This document shows positions 21,468-31,207 of a stretch of DNA of 64,000 bases, piece by piece (position 1 is the first letter of the stretch; the number at the start of each line of letters is the position of its first letter). This stretch comes from a virus (taxonomy: Duplodnaviria; Heunggongvirae; Uroviricota; Caudoviricetes). The notes beneath the pieces were generated by a model. The model had not been told where the DNA came from and did not search any database. It worked only from the letters and a program-made list of their open reading frames with translations. The DNA lies in IMG/VR virus record IMGVR_UViG_3300025693_000001; one strand, written 5' to 3'. The position numbers and the translations under genes are program-made.

Positions 21468-22001
21468 TTTGCTATACTTATCGATTCGGAACAGTTAACA
21501 CGCGTTACCAACTAAATGGGTTTAACCCCGATACAGCTTCACCGATACCATCCAGTGCTTCGTCTACAACATCCGTTACGTCTGTTGCGATTTCAGTATC
21601 CAGTAGCATGCTAGTAGCACCAGCAACTAAGCCAGCTCCAACCAGACCACCAGCAATCGATATGATGTCAGAAACGATACTATCGTCCCCACATACTTCC
21701 ATCAGTGCGTCTTCTGTATACGTGCCTGCAGCATAGCCTGCAGCCAATTCCAAAATTGTTTTAGTTGTGCTCATTTTATCTCCGAAAGTGTACAAATAAT
21801 ACCAACAACATACACCCAAATCGGGGCACCGGTTATTACAGCTACCGACACACCAAAGATAATGAGTGTTACTGGGTGAAACATGCAAAAGAAACCAATA
21901 ACATAGGCAAGGATGCCCATATCCATTCCAATTACAAGAAATAAACAAAATAATATTAAATACATGTGACTATTATACCTGGTGTGTGAATTATTGCAAC
22001 C

Positions 22002-22436
22002 TCAGTCGCTTAGAAATAGAAAAGCTTTGTGATATTTTTCCAAACGGGTGAAGTCTTTTGCTCTAATACCTTTCATGCGAAGAATATCCGAGTTGTGTCG
22101 TAAGTCAGCTTTTTTGATGTCGCGTGCGCGAAAATCTAGGTGTGGCGATGCGTAAACTCGCTTGATGTAATCATCGTACGTCTCATCTTTCAGGTGTGTG
22201 ACAGCTTCAACAACCATCACAGTTTCCGGTTCAAATCCTTCGTTGATCAATCGTTCATAATACCACTCAGGACAATCTTCAATCAAGTCATGCATAACAG
22301 CTGCTATACGTCCTTGTGTGTCATTTTCTGGAATTTGATACATAACTGCCAAGCAGTGTAATATGTATGGTTGCCCACCTTTATCGAATTTACCTTCGAA
22401 TGCCTGTGCGACGATGGCTATAGCTTTATCAAGCAT
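22002..22436 (-). CDS. HD-domain small alarmone hydrolase (RelA/SpoT hydrolase-domain-like)
   Basis: GGQPYILHCLAV ... AAVMHDLIEDCP reproduces the SpoT hydrolase H...HD...ED signature (compare GePYitHpLaVA...AALLHDvvEDT). Confidence 0.7.
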   Translation of the reverse strand: MLDKAIAIVAQAFEGKFDKGGQPYILHCLAVMYQIPENDTQGRIAAVMHDLIEDCPEWYYERLINEGFEPETVMVVEAVTHLKDETYDDYIKRVYASPHLDFRARDIKKADLRHNSDILRMKGIRAKDFTRLEKYHKAFLFLSD

Positions 22437-23001
22437 GAAACACCTTTTGTTGTAGTGATATAATAGTATAACACATCAACAAAAGGTGGTCAAGTGTTAT
22501 TTTTTCTTCTTTGTGGATGTTTTTTTCTTAACTGCTGATACAACTTTAGCAGCTACGGATTGTGATGGGGTTGGTTCTTTAACGTCTTCAACTTCTTCGA
22601 CTGTATCCACAGGAGCTTCAACAACTGGGATTGTAGCTTCTTTAATTTCTGTGTTGGCGATTTTAGCTAAGCGTGCTGCACGCTTTCTCATTAATGTGTT
22701 CATTTAGGTAGATCTCCTTTATAATTGTTGGTATTTATCCGAAAATGCTCTCTAGCCACGTTTTTTCTTCTTCATACTGACTGGTTATATCTTCAGGATT
22801 CTTTCGAGCGCGGTCCATTGCTACTTGCAATTCGCGTTCAGTAAACAACGCTGGAGCGACAGTGTCGTCTTTTGTGTTGATGTAGCATGGGAAATATGTA
22901 GCATTTGCTAATCGGTGTTGTTCGAGGTTTTCTACTTCCTCGTTCATATCCATGATGGATGCGATTGGTTCTCTTTGGTCAGTCATGTAATTCTCCGTTG
23001 G

Positions 23002-23784
23002 TTATTGTACTCGATCGATATGCTCTTTTGCATATGAATATAAGCGTGATATTAGTTTCTGGTAATACTTGTTGTCCGTTGGATGAAAAATGGACTTAGG
23101 TGGAGGGGTGCTTCCAAATATAGATGACATGATTGTTGATTTGCCTGATTTGAAAATCATCTGCAGCTCATACTTAGACAGTTGTTTAAAAATTAATTCC
23201 GAAAGCTGCTCATTTGTAATCTTTTTTCCATCAACCTTATCCAACTCTGCAGTTAACCCTTTCATTGCTTGAGATAATCTAGCGTTAATTTCCGTACGAC
23301 GACGGTGATATTGTTTGGTGTGGTCCTGATCACCTTGTGAATCTGGCTCATTTGTTTCTTTGTGTTTGGATGTCATTCCTTTGTGATCGCCCTTCGTTTG
23401 TGAGTATTCCAGAACGTGTTTCAACTCATGCACCAGTGTGCTAGCTAATTTTGTTTTTGATCTTAATGCGTGGGTATTGACTGCAACCATCCCTTGTTGT
23501 GCTTCACCAGCGTTGTTAGATGCTTTGGAATTAAACACCTCCACTTTAACTTTACCCAATCTGTTATATAATGAACCTGTTAGTTTTGAACCTGCTAATT
23601 TAGCAACAGTACCAATCACACCCGTATGTGGGATTTCGTGATCGCCCAACTTCATCGAAGGTAGAGTTCCATTTTTTATACCATCCATGATGTTGGTGGC
23701 TATCGCATCGGCCAAGGCACTGATGATGCGCTCATTTGCATGACTTTCATATAATATATCACTAACTTTCATTAAAATCTCCAT
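23002..23784 (-). CDS. Putative zinc metallopeptidase (HExxH)
   Basis: TLVHELKHVLEY HExxH motif. Confidence 0.35.
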   Translation of the reverse strand: MEILMKVSDILYESHANERIISALADAIATNIMDGIKNGTLPSMKLGDHEIPHTGVIGTVAKLAGSKLTGSLYNRLGKVKVEVFNSKASNNAGEAQQGMVAVNTHALRSKTKLASTLVHELKHVLEYSQTKGDHKGMTSKHKETNEPDSQGDQDHTKQYHRRRTEINARLSQAMKGLTAELDKVDGKKITNEQLSELIFKQLSKYELQMIFKSGKSTIMSSIFGSTPPPKSIFHPTDNKYYQKLISRLYSYAKEHIDRVQ

Positions 23785-24068
23785 GTGTTAATTGGGTATT
23801 TATGAGGTAATACCCACCCATAAATACAAAATACAATAATATAGGATGGTAACATGATACGAATTACACTCTCTGCTGAATTTTTGGTAGATGTACTAAC
23901 AAAATCGGGGCAAGCAATGATAATATCGGAAGGTGGATTGGATGGATACAAAAACAAATTAGTGAGCATTGACCACGATACTGTGAAAGATCACATAACA
24001 TTGATGTTTTCCGATGGGTGCGAAGAAATAACAGATAGGACCATAACCATAACAGTGCCTAATTAAAT

Positions 24069-24143
24069 TGGTAGTCCCGTACGGAATCGAACCGTATACG
24101 GCCTCTGTGTAAAAGAGGTTCCTCGCCATTCGGACTCGGGACT
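24069..24143 (-). tRNA. tRNA-Val (anticodon TAC), CCA encoded
   Basis: Perfect acceptor AGTCCCG/CGGGACT; anticodon stem CCTCT/AGAGG with loop TTTACAC; T-arm TACGG-TTCGATT-CCGTA. Confidence 0.65.
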
Positions 24144-24689
24144 ATTTTGTGTTGCGTTGTACGGATTGAAATAAATGACAATTCCAGTTACATTCTAACC
24201 GCTCATATGCAGCGATAGCTTCCTGTTCATCGAAGTATATTTGATTACCAACATCTGCGTCTTCGAATATTATAATCCACCGCTGATCGTTATCATCTCT
24301 TGGATGGTAATAAGTATCATCAGTGGTTACATCGTTGCATCGTTGTAACATACCGCTGATTTTCATATTTGCGATGTGAATACGACGAATTATCTTATCT
24401 TGGTTGTTCTGTGAATCTGCAACTGGTCGGTTCAACGCAGCGTACCAAGCAGATCTCCACTTACACAACTGATCATATTCAGCGATGTTTCTGTTGCTTA
24501 TCACATCCAATGCCAGAAGAATACAATAGCCATTGATGCAAAGGTGGCTCCAATATAACGCAAGAAATCTTTTATTGGGTCATCATCGTATCGTTTATTT
24601 AAAAACCACGTTAATACCCAAACTACAATTAATGTTACAATAGCGACAAAAGCTGTCATTTTTTTACCTTCAAAATAGTTAAAATTAAT

Positions 24690-24765
24690 TGGTGGACCGC
24701 CTGGGATTTGAACCCAGTACCCTTCGATTAAAAGTCGAATGCTCTGCCGATTGAGCTAGCGATCC
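24690..24765 (-). tRNA. tRNA-Lys (anticodon TTT), CCA encoded
   Basis: D-stem GCTC/GAGC; anticodon stem TTCGA/TCGAA with loop CTTTTAA; T-arm CTGGG-TTCAAAT-CCCAG. Confidence 0.7.
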
Positions 24766-24776
24766 ATTGTTCCCTC

Positions 24777-24975
24777 GTGTCGTAACACGGATGGTTCCCG
24801 ATAGTGCCACTTTGTGGCTTGTGTCGGGAGGGGAGGTGTGACTACCATTCTTATCTTTCCTCCACCTCCGTGCACAGATGTGGATTCGTCACCATTCTTA
24901 TGTTGTTCCCCCATATGCCGTAGCATGTATGGTTCCCGATAGTGTCAGGTGTTGGGTACGGGATGGGAATAACAC
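24777..24975. repeat. Imperfect direct repeats in the tRNA spacer (shared core ATGGTTCCCGATAGTG at 24791-24806 and 24929-24944; ACCATTCTTAT at 24845 and 24891)
   Basis: About 75% identity between two units of about 60 nt; contains a small hairpin GCCAC-TTT-GTGGC; no ORF supports them as coding. Confidence 0.55.
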
Positions 24976-24990
24976 AAAATTGTTATTTTG

Positions 24991-25065
24991 CTCAACAGGG
25001 AGGAGTCGAACCCCCAATGTCCGGTAGGTGTCAAGCTGCGCATAGTTGCTGACACGTTCTGCTGA
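24991..25065 (-). tRNA. tRNA-like element, fold unresolved (possible pseudogene)
   Basis: Canonical T-arm GGGGG-TTCGACT-CCTCC and an acceptor pairing TCAGCAG/CTGTTGA, but no clean D-arm or anticodon arm; a 7-bp hairpin with a 14-nt loop sits where the anticodon arm should be. Confidence 0.3.
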
Positions 25066-26249
25066 TCTATCTAAATTTGTTTTTTTCACAGTCGCTAAAA
25101 TTTATCCACTTTACGTATTTGTGTTTACATTTTGGACACACAACCATATCAGGTTTTTGTCTCCATCGAAATGAGCATTCACTGCAATGATATATCGCTT
25201 CCATTTATTACCACCAAAAGTACCTATAAATTAAACCGTCGGTGAAGATCTCCTTCACTGACTTGTTGATTTTTTATCGCTAATGCAGCTCTTGCATCCT
25301 CGGCCGCTAACAACAATTTTACTGATTCCAGATGTTCTGTTGTCAATTCGATATCACGCATATCTGATAACGCTTTTTTGTACTTCTTGTTTGTAACCCC
25401 AAAATCTCTGGCCATGTTGCCCTTAAAACTCTCAAAAACTAATACTATGCAATGTATAATCGTCACCAGCTTTGATTCGCTCAGCTTGTGCCAATATGAC
25501 TGCTTGCTCTTTGGTTAACGCCCAAACTTCAACCTTTTGGGGGTCATATGATGAATCAGAAAACCACACTATAAATTGTATATGTTTCATTTAGTTATTT
25601 ATGAAAAGTCTAGGCCAAGAAAGTTAAATGTCTTGGCAATCATTTTTTTGATGTTAGCTTTAGTACCCTGTTCTACTTGGGTGACAATATCTGTAACATT
25701 TGCAACCATCACTTGTTCGCACCATTGGTGCATATCTGCATCTACCGATCGAAGAGACATGCTATATGTCCTCGTATCGAATTGTTGCTGATCGTCGGCG
25801 GTTTGAAAGACAACAACCCGTAAAACAGGATTGTGTTGTTCGGATCTATCAATCTCACTCTCTACTATAAACATTACCAATTATCCACGTCTGTTAAATC
25901 AAGTTTAGCACCACAAGCACACATAACCACAACTACAGTACCCAACCCCGTTGGAGTGAAGCTGTACGTTAGTCTACCACCTATTGCACCACAAGGATTA
26001 GAAGCTGTGCTCCCGTCATCGTAAAATTTGCATGTTTTGTTGTGATCTGCTAACCAATCATTAATCAGTAGCGTATCTGATGGTGACATATCAAATCCGG
26101 AGATTGTTCCTGGTTCTTTGTCACGATCTTTAGATACTGTGAACACCGTGGTGTTGCTATCATTCGGATCCAGCTCAAATACCGGCCACTTAAAAAAGTT
26201 GCCTATTCCAGGTTTTCTATCAGACATCATGCATCCTCGTTGTTTTTTG

Positions 26250-26317
26250 TGGAGGTACGGAGAGTTGAACTCCGCCCGGTTGGTTGCAAACCATCCAGTC
26301 TAACCGTATACACCCCC
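26250..26317 (-). tRNA. Short tRNA-like gene (68 nt; anticodon possibly TGC)
   Basis: T-arm CGGAG-TTCAACT-CTCCG and acceptor GGGGGTG/TACCTCC, but a truncated D-arm and a mismatch in the anticodon stem. It lies inside ORF 26227-26427, which is therefore probably spurious. Confidence 0.4.
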
Positions 26318-26655
26318 AGTTGTTGAAATTGTGCTACATATAAATCTTTAAATCTTTTTACATTGCGTTCTCTATCGGTTGGCTTCATCTCGTCAAGCCA
26401 CTCATCCAAGTCCAGCATTGCACACATTCAGAATATCCCATCCTTCGTTGTCACTTCGGTTTTGTCAGCTCGTAAATGAGAGACAAATTCCTCAAGCAGG
26501 TCAGCTAATTCTTCTTCCGAATTTGACATTCTTGCAGAAAATTCACAGCTACATTTGTTATCACCTTCACCGTATGTTATACAGTATCTGGTTTGATTCT
26601 CGATGCCCATGATCTTCGCTAATTCCCCTAATGTATCCATTGCTTTTTCCTTATT

Positions 26656-26730
26656 TGGCTCCCACTCGAGGAATCGAACCTCGCTAAATCTCCTTAACAG
26701 GGAGGTGCCACACCTTGCGGCCCAGTGGGA
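26656..26730 (-). tRNA. tRNA-Asn (anticodon GTT), CCA encoded
   Basis: Perfect acceptor TCCCACT/AGTGGGA; D-stem GCCG/TGGC; anticodon loop CTGTTAA; T-arm CGAGG-TTCGATT-CCTCG. Confidence 0.65.
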
Positions 26731-27200
26731 ATAATCTATTCTCGATGTAGTTCAGCTAAGATTGTTAATCGTTGTTCAGCTAAGTCACCGTGTTCTATTT
26801 TCGTTGTTGCTTCTTGTCCAGTACCTGGATATTTTATTTTAATCAAAATGGCAGCATCTTCACGCCACAATTTTATAATGGTTGGCTTCGGGTCCAACAC
26901 ATCCCATTGGTTAACAATAAACGCCTCATACGAGTTGTATGAGAAGTCCGGAACTGGTAACGTATTATCAAACATTTCTTCTATGGAGTCAACATCAAAC
27001 TTGATAATCAGCTTGCCATTCTTACGAATCTCAACATCGTTATCCGTCTGGATTATCTCAACACCATCCCTTTTCATCCCAACCAATCCATATATGGCGT
27101 TGGTAAGTTCTTTGAAATTGTTGATACCCAGGAATCCTAGGAATCCTATTACAGCTTGCGAAATTGTTAATGTACCTATCATTATTATCCTTTTTGTTTG

Positions 27201-27272
27201 TAGCAGATTTGGGATTCGAACCCAAAACTTCCCACTTATCAGGTGAGCACTCTACCAATTGAGTTAATCCGC
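27201..27272 (-). tRNA. tRNA-Ile (anticodon GAT), no encoded CCA
   Basis: D-stem ACTC/GAGT with loop AATTGGTA; anticodon stem CTCAC/GTGGG with loop CTGATAA; T-arm TTGGG-TTCGAAT-CCCAA. Confidence 0.65.
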
Positions 27273-27959
27273 TATTATTAAAATTAGGTGGAAGAAACTA
27301 ACTTCCACAGTTGTGATGACCACTCGATTTCTGATGTCCCTGATACATACCCAAAGTCGATTGGACTGCCAGCACTCGTGTGCGTTTTTGTAGCTTCATC
27401 TTTCTTTGCTTGCAATTTCTTTCTAGTTTTAGCTTGTATGTTGATGGTGCGTGAAGTCTCGCTCCACTCACCACCACTATACCCACCTCTAGTTATCACA
27501 CCATATGTCATATACATTATTGTCGCACCATTGTTAGTGCTGAGATTTGGGAAAAATCAGGGATTAAGTTACCATTATAAATCAATCTCCAGGTTCCATC
27601 ATCAAGTTCATCCAAATGTATCATGTTCTTTTGTGTTTTTACCGCAGTTGCTTTTGATAGCTCCAACACAATATCTGTTCCAGTTAGTTCAATCGACCGT
27701 TTGTCTTTCATTATATTACCTTTACGAACGTGCCATCTTTAACAGCTTTGCGGATGTATCTCATCAACAGTATTGCCTTCTCTTCGTGGTGAAGGGTAGC
27801 ATCCTGTACATCATCCAATGGAACCGGAAATGAATACTCAATGTTTTCACCTGGAACCAATACACTATAATACACTACTTGGTGTCTATAGTATAGCATG
27901 TTAGCTACATTATTTTTTACAATATCTTTAATACTAAAAGTCATGTTACTTCCTTATTG

Positions 27960-28036
27960 TGGAGCTCCAGTACGGAATCGAACCGTATTCCCAACTTTAC
28001 AAGAGTTGACATCATCCAGATAAATGCTTCAAGAGC
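27960..28036 (-). tRNA. tRNA-Thr (anticodon TGT), CCA encoded
   Basis: Anticodon stem CAACT/AGTTG (perfect) with loop CTTGTAA; T-arm TACGG-TTCGATT-CCGTA; one mismatch in the acceptor stem. Confidence 0.6.
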
Positions 28037-28448
28037 TTATTGTTATTAAATTGTTGTGTATCTTTCTGTGGCAATTAGCACACACGATAACACACTTTTG
28101 TATTTCTTCCAGTAACACCCCCCATCCACATTTCGTGGCAGCGCTGCTAATGTTGAATTTTTTTTGTGTCGGATCTAAGTGGTGGAAATCTAAGCAACAC
28201 AATTCATCTTCACCACAACACACACACCCTGATTGCATCTTCAACGACGTTATGTATGCCTGGCGTTGTTTTGCATACGAATATCGCATGTTGTGATATT
28301 TCTTTGGGTTTTTAGCCCTGGATCCTTTGGTGCTTACATCAGCACACGATTTACAACTAGATTGGTACCCATCCTTCATTCTAACAGCTTTGTAGAATTC
28401 AGTTAACGGTTTATCACTATCACACTTAGTACATTTTTTCATGCCCAT
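28029..28448 (-). CDS. HNH endonuclease
   Basis: CTKCDSDKPLTEF...CKSC...LDFHHLDPTQK...CANCHRKIHN. The ORF track extends to 28487; the likely start is one of the internal ATGs (MGMKKC). Embedded in the second tRNA array. Confidence 0.6.
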   Translation of the reverse strand: MGMKKCTKCDSDKPLTEFYKAVRMKDGYQSSCKSCADVSTKGSRAKNPKKYHNMRYSYAKQRQAYITSLKMQSGCVCCGEDELCCLDFHHLDPTQKKFNISSAATKCGWGVLLEEIQKCVIVCANCHRKIHNNLITISS

Positions 28449-28491
28449 ATTTACGAGTCGAACCATCACCCACAAATACAAATCCATTGTG

Positions 28492-28564
28492 AGCCTTAGA
28501 CTGGAGTCGAACCAGCAACATCTAAATTACGAAATTAGAGCTCTACCATTGGAGCTACTAAGGC
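28492..28564 (-). tRNA. tRNA (anticodon read as CGT; identity uncertain), no encoded CCA
   Basis: Perfect acceptor GCCTTAG/CTAAGGC, D-stem GCTC/GAGC, T-arm GCTGG-TTCGACT-CCAGT; anticodon stem CTAAT/TTTAG with a 31-39 mismatch. Confidence 0.55.
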
Positions 28565-29000
28565 TTATTATCACACCACATATACCAACCGTCATTATCA
28601 AAATGTAGGTTAGGATGTAGTGAGCTTAAAGGTTCCTTTTTCATAACGATTATGGAACCACATTCCGCAACACCATGTTCGATTACTCGTCTGTGTTGCT
28701 TGTTTATTTTTGAAATTATCCGTATTTTCTTTTTCATATATCCGTATATAGTGAAAACCGTTTCCGACTTTGATTAACGAGTGTTTGGCACGGTAAAACA
28801 CCTTTCAGACTTCACTCGAGTACTTGCGATGCCACAGGCGTACTAACCTGCCTTATAATCCTTACTATAAAAGGTTGCGTCTATCTTCCGCACAAGGTTG
28901 CGGTGGGAATGTTCGTAGTAGCTTAGGCTACGATCTAGGCTCCTTTAAGTTGACCGCGTGTTACACATCATCAACCCATCCTCGTGCATGTTGTTCTTAT

Positions 29001-29077
29001 TGGTGGAGCTGGGGGGATTCGAACCCCCGACCCTCTACTTGCAAGGCAGATGCTCGTTCCAGCTGAGCTACAACCCC
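29001..29077 (-). tRNA. tRNA-Ala (anticodon TGC), CCA encoded
   Basis: 5' GGGGTTGTAGCTCAGCTGG..., D-stem GCTC/GAGC; anticodon stem TCTGC/GTAGA with loop CTTGCAA; T-arm GGGGG-TTCGAAT-CCCCC. Confidence 0.7.
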
Positions 29078-29195
29078 AATATTACTTCCAACTTGCTTTG
29101 TCTCTCCGCACTTTATAGGTTATTATACCTAGGCACAGTGCGACAGAGCCAGCAAATAAAACTATTCCAAAAACGTATATCCAAGTTAAATCCAT

Positions 29196-29675
29196 CTATT
29201 CCTCATTTAGTGCTTTAATGTGTCCATCTTCGATGCTACCACCAAAGTTTAATTGTGGACATATTTTATCGTGAATGGCTTGATAGTATTGTACTATAAT
29301 CCAGTCGTCCATGTCAAGCTTATCATAAGCTTTGTTAACAGTTGCTCGTATTGCTTCACCACTTTCTGTATCAGCAAAAAACCAAAACACAACTATAAGT
29401 GCGCCTGTTATCCAGATTGCTGATCCAATAACCATCGCTAAGTTGGGGATGATATACTCACCGCCATGCATAATAGCCATCATCACTTGTAGTGGTGGTG
29501 TACCGATGCACATCGTAACCAAGGATCCAAGGAACACATATCCAGCAATTAAGACCACCCCAAACATCACACGTCGCATGAATGGGCATAAATTTGATGT
29601 CATGTGTATTTCCTCAAAGAAGACTCCATACAGTGCCAATCGATACCAGATACTACCTTTTTCTATATTAATCAT
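29196..29675 (-). CDS. Integral membrane protein
   Basis: Multiple TM helices (VLIAGYVFLGSLVTMCI..., IWITGALIVVFWFF). Confidence 0.4.
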   Translation of the reverse strand: MINIEKGSIWYRLALYGVFFEEIHMTSNLCPFMRRVMFGVVLIAGYVFLGSLVTMCIGTPPLQVMMAIMHGGEYIIPNLAMVIGSAIWITGALIVVFWFFADTESGEAIRATVNKAYDKLDMDDWIIVQYYQAIHDKICPQLNFGGSIEDGHIKALNEE

Positions 29676-30096
29676 TTTTGCTCTTTTATTGTTTCAAATC
29701 GTTCAAATTCCCACCCTTCATATTCGTAACCATCATACATCCGATCTTGCATAAAGTGGTGTATTTCGGTTCTGAATTGTTTGGTGGACCTATCCATTTT
29801 TAAAATAGCTTCGATTCTGTCATGTTGAGAACTATTGTCCGCGAATAAGTCAGTTTGGGCTTTGGCTGGTTTCTTTTCATACCAGTAACCTTGCTTGACT
29901 CGTTCGGTCGCAATTTGAGCCAACACCTTAAAGTAATCTTCGTTACCCCGCAGCAAAAAATATGCTGGGTAATCTTTTTCTTTGAGTACCATCAGTGTTG
30001 GATCTGTTATCCGAAGTGCCATAATCTGTTTCCTATCAAAAAAACATATTATACTATACTTCGTTTTTTATTTCAATCCACATTTTTAAAGAGCAT

Positions 30097-30138
30097 AAAA
30101 AAACCCCAGGTCATTTCTGAGCTGAGGTTTTTTATTTT
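30097..30138. terminator. Rho-independent terminator (hairpin with flanking A- and T-runs)
   Basis: AAAAAAA-CCCCAGGTCATTTCTGAGCTGAGG-TTTTTTATTTT; about 9-bp stem with one mismatch; lies downstream of the minus-strand gene that ends at 30312. Confidence 0.5.
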
Positions 30139-30311
30139 AAAACTAGTTATTACTACAATTAAAATCCAAACTCAGCCCACTCGTGCTTTGTGGCAATATT
30201 AATTGCCACTGCATTCGCGGTATTCGTTGTGGTGTTCTTAATTGTTTTCATAATAGTCTCAAAAAGTGTTAAAGATGTAAGTATATATGCTGGTCCCCTA
30301 AAGGGCAACAA

Positions 30312-30854
30312 TTATTTGTATTTTTTTACACCATAAAACTCTTTACGAGTGTTGATCCAGCGTAATACGCTACCTTTGGTGATGCCGATTTTATCAGCAA
30401 TTTCTTGAGCATCGAAAGGTTCTTGACCATCGTTAGTCTGTTCTTTAGCAATTCGCTCCATTTCTTTGCCAGCTCCAGCATACCCACCTTGCTTTTCAAC
30501 CCAAGCTTTTGCAGCACCACTACCAGCACTCAGAGCTTTCCCTTTACGAGCATCGGACGCTTCTTTGTCATCGTGTCGTGATGCTAATTTTTGATTGAAG
30601 TCTTTTGTTGTGCTTTTGTCACCACTATCCTGTGCATTTTCTTTTGCAATTTTTATTTGCTCGTTAATTGCAGCGATCTTATCAACGAATCCACGGAACT
30701 TATTTTGTAGGTGATGTGGAACTTCTGATTTGCTTTTGATGCTGTTATCCCGTCTGAAAGCGGAATACTTTGATCGTGCATCACCCAATTCTTGTTCTAA
30801 TTGTGCTACTGTTTTTGCTGCTTCTGTTAATGGTTTTATTTCGGATAGTCTCAT
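30312..30854 (-). CDS. Protein with C-terminal helix-turn-helix (putative DNA-binding regulator)
   Basis: C-terminal FDAQEIADKIGITKGSVLRWI is HTH-like; charged coiled-coil N-terminal part. Confidence 0.4.
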   Translation of the reverse strand: MRLSEIKPLTEAAKTVAQLEQELGDARSKYSAFRRDNSIKSKSEVPHHLQNKFRGFVDKIAAINEQIKIAKENAQDSGDKSTTKDFNQKLASRHDDKEASDARKGKALSAGSGAAKAWVEKQGGYAGAGKEMERIAKEQTNDGQEPFDAQEIADKIGITKGSVLRWINTRKEFYGVKKYK

Positions 30855-31111
30855 GTTAATCTAATCTCATATTCGGTTGTTGCTGCTGCTAGCGATGGGA
30901 ATACATCAGCTTCCACAAATGTTGTTACCCCTGCCTGTCCAGTGATACGTACATCGTACGATAGTGTTGATTCAATCGCATTTGTAGTAGAACCCACTTG
31001 TATGATAGATCCAGCCTCTACGGATAACACTTCGTATGTGTTACATATCGATGGTTTGATAACCCACACTAGTTGCTTTGGATCGTATAGATAATTGATT
31101 GTGCCTGCCAT
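30851..31111 (-). CDS. Small late-expressed protein (86 aa from ATG 31111)
   Basis: Preceded on the minus strand by the exact late box TATAAATA, then about 17 nt, AGGAG, 9 nt, and ATG. Confidence 0.45.
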   Translation of the reverse strand: MAGTINYLYDPKQLVWVIKPSICNTYEVLSVEAGSIIQVGSTTNAIESTLSYDVRITGQAGVTTFVEADVFPSLAAATTEYEIRLT

Positions 31112-31139
31112 GTGCAAGTTCTCCTTGTGTATTTGCTTG

Positions 31140-31147
31140 TATTTATA
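31140..31147 (-). promoter_or_regulatory. T4-type late promoter box TATAAATA
   Basis: Forward tatttata; positioned 29 nt upstream of the ATG at 31111 with a consensus Shine-Dalgarno between them. Confidence 0.55.
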
Positions 31148-31155
31148 GGTAACAC

Positions 31156-31178
31156 AAAAAAACCGACATAAGCCGGCT
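31156..31178 (-). terminator. Rho-independent terminator after the SPFH gene
   Basis: On the minus strand: CCGGC-TTAT-GTCGG followed by TTTTTTT, immediately 3' of the stop at 31208. Confidence 0.5.
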
Positions 31179-31207
31179 TCTTTGTGTTACTGGTGGTTAC
31201 ACCATTG

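Noticed and set aside
26227-26427. 66-aa minus-strand ORF
   Set aside because: It fully contains the tRNA-like gene at 26250-26317, so it is most likely a spurious read-through ORF.
28453-28465. GAGTCGAACC T-loop-like motif
   Set aside because: It lies inside the HNH coding region (encodes ...VRLV...) with no flanking acceptor or anticodon pairing; not a tRNA.
28824-29066. 80-aa plus-strand ORF
   Set aside because: It overlaps tRNA-Ala (29001-29077) on the opposite strand and has no Shine-Dalgarno; antisense artefact.
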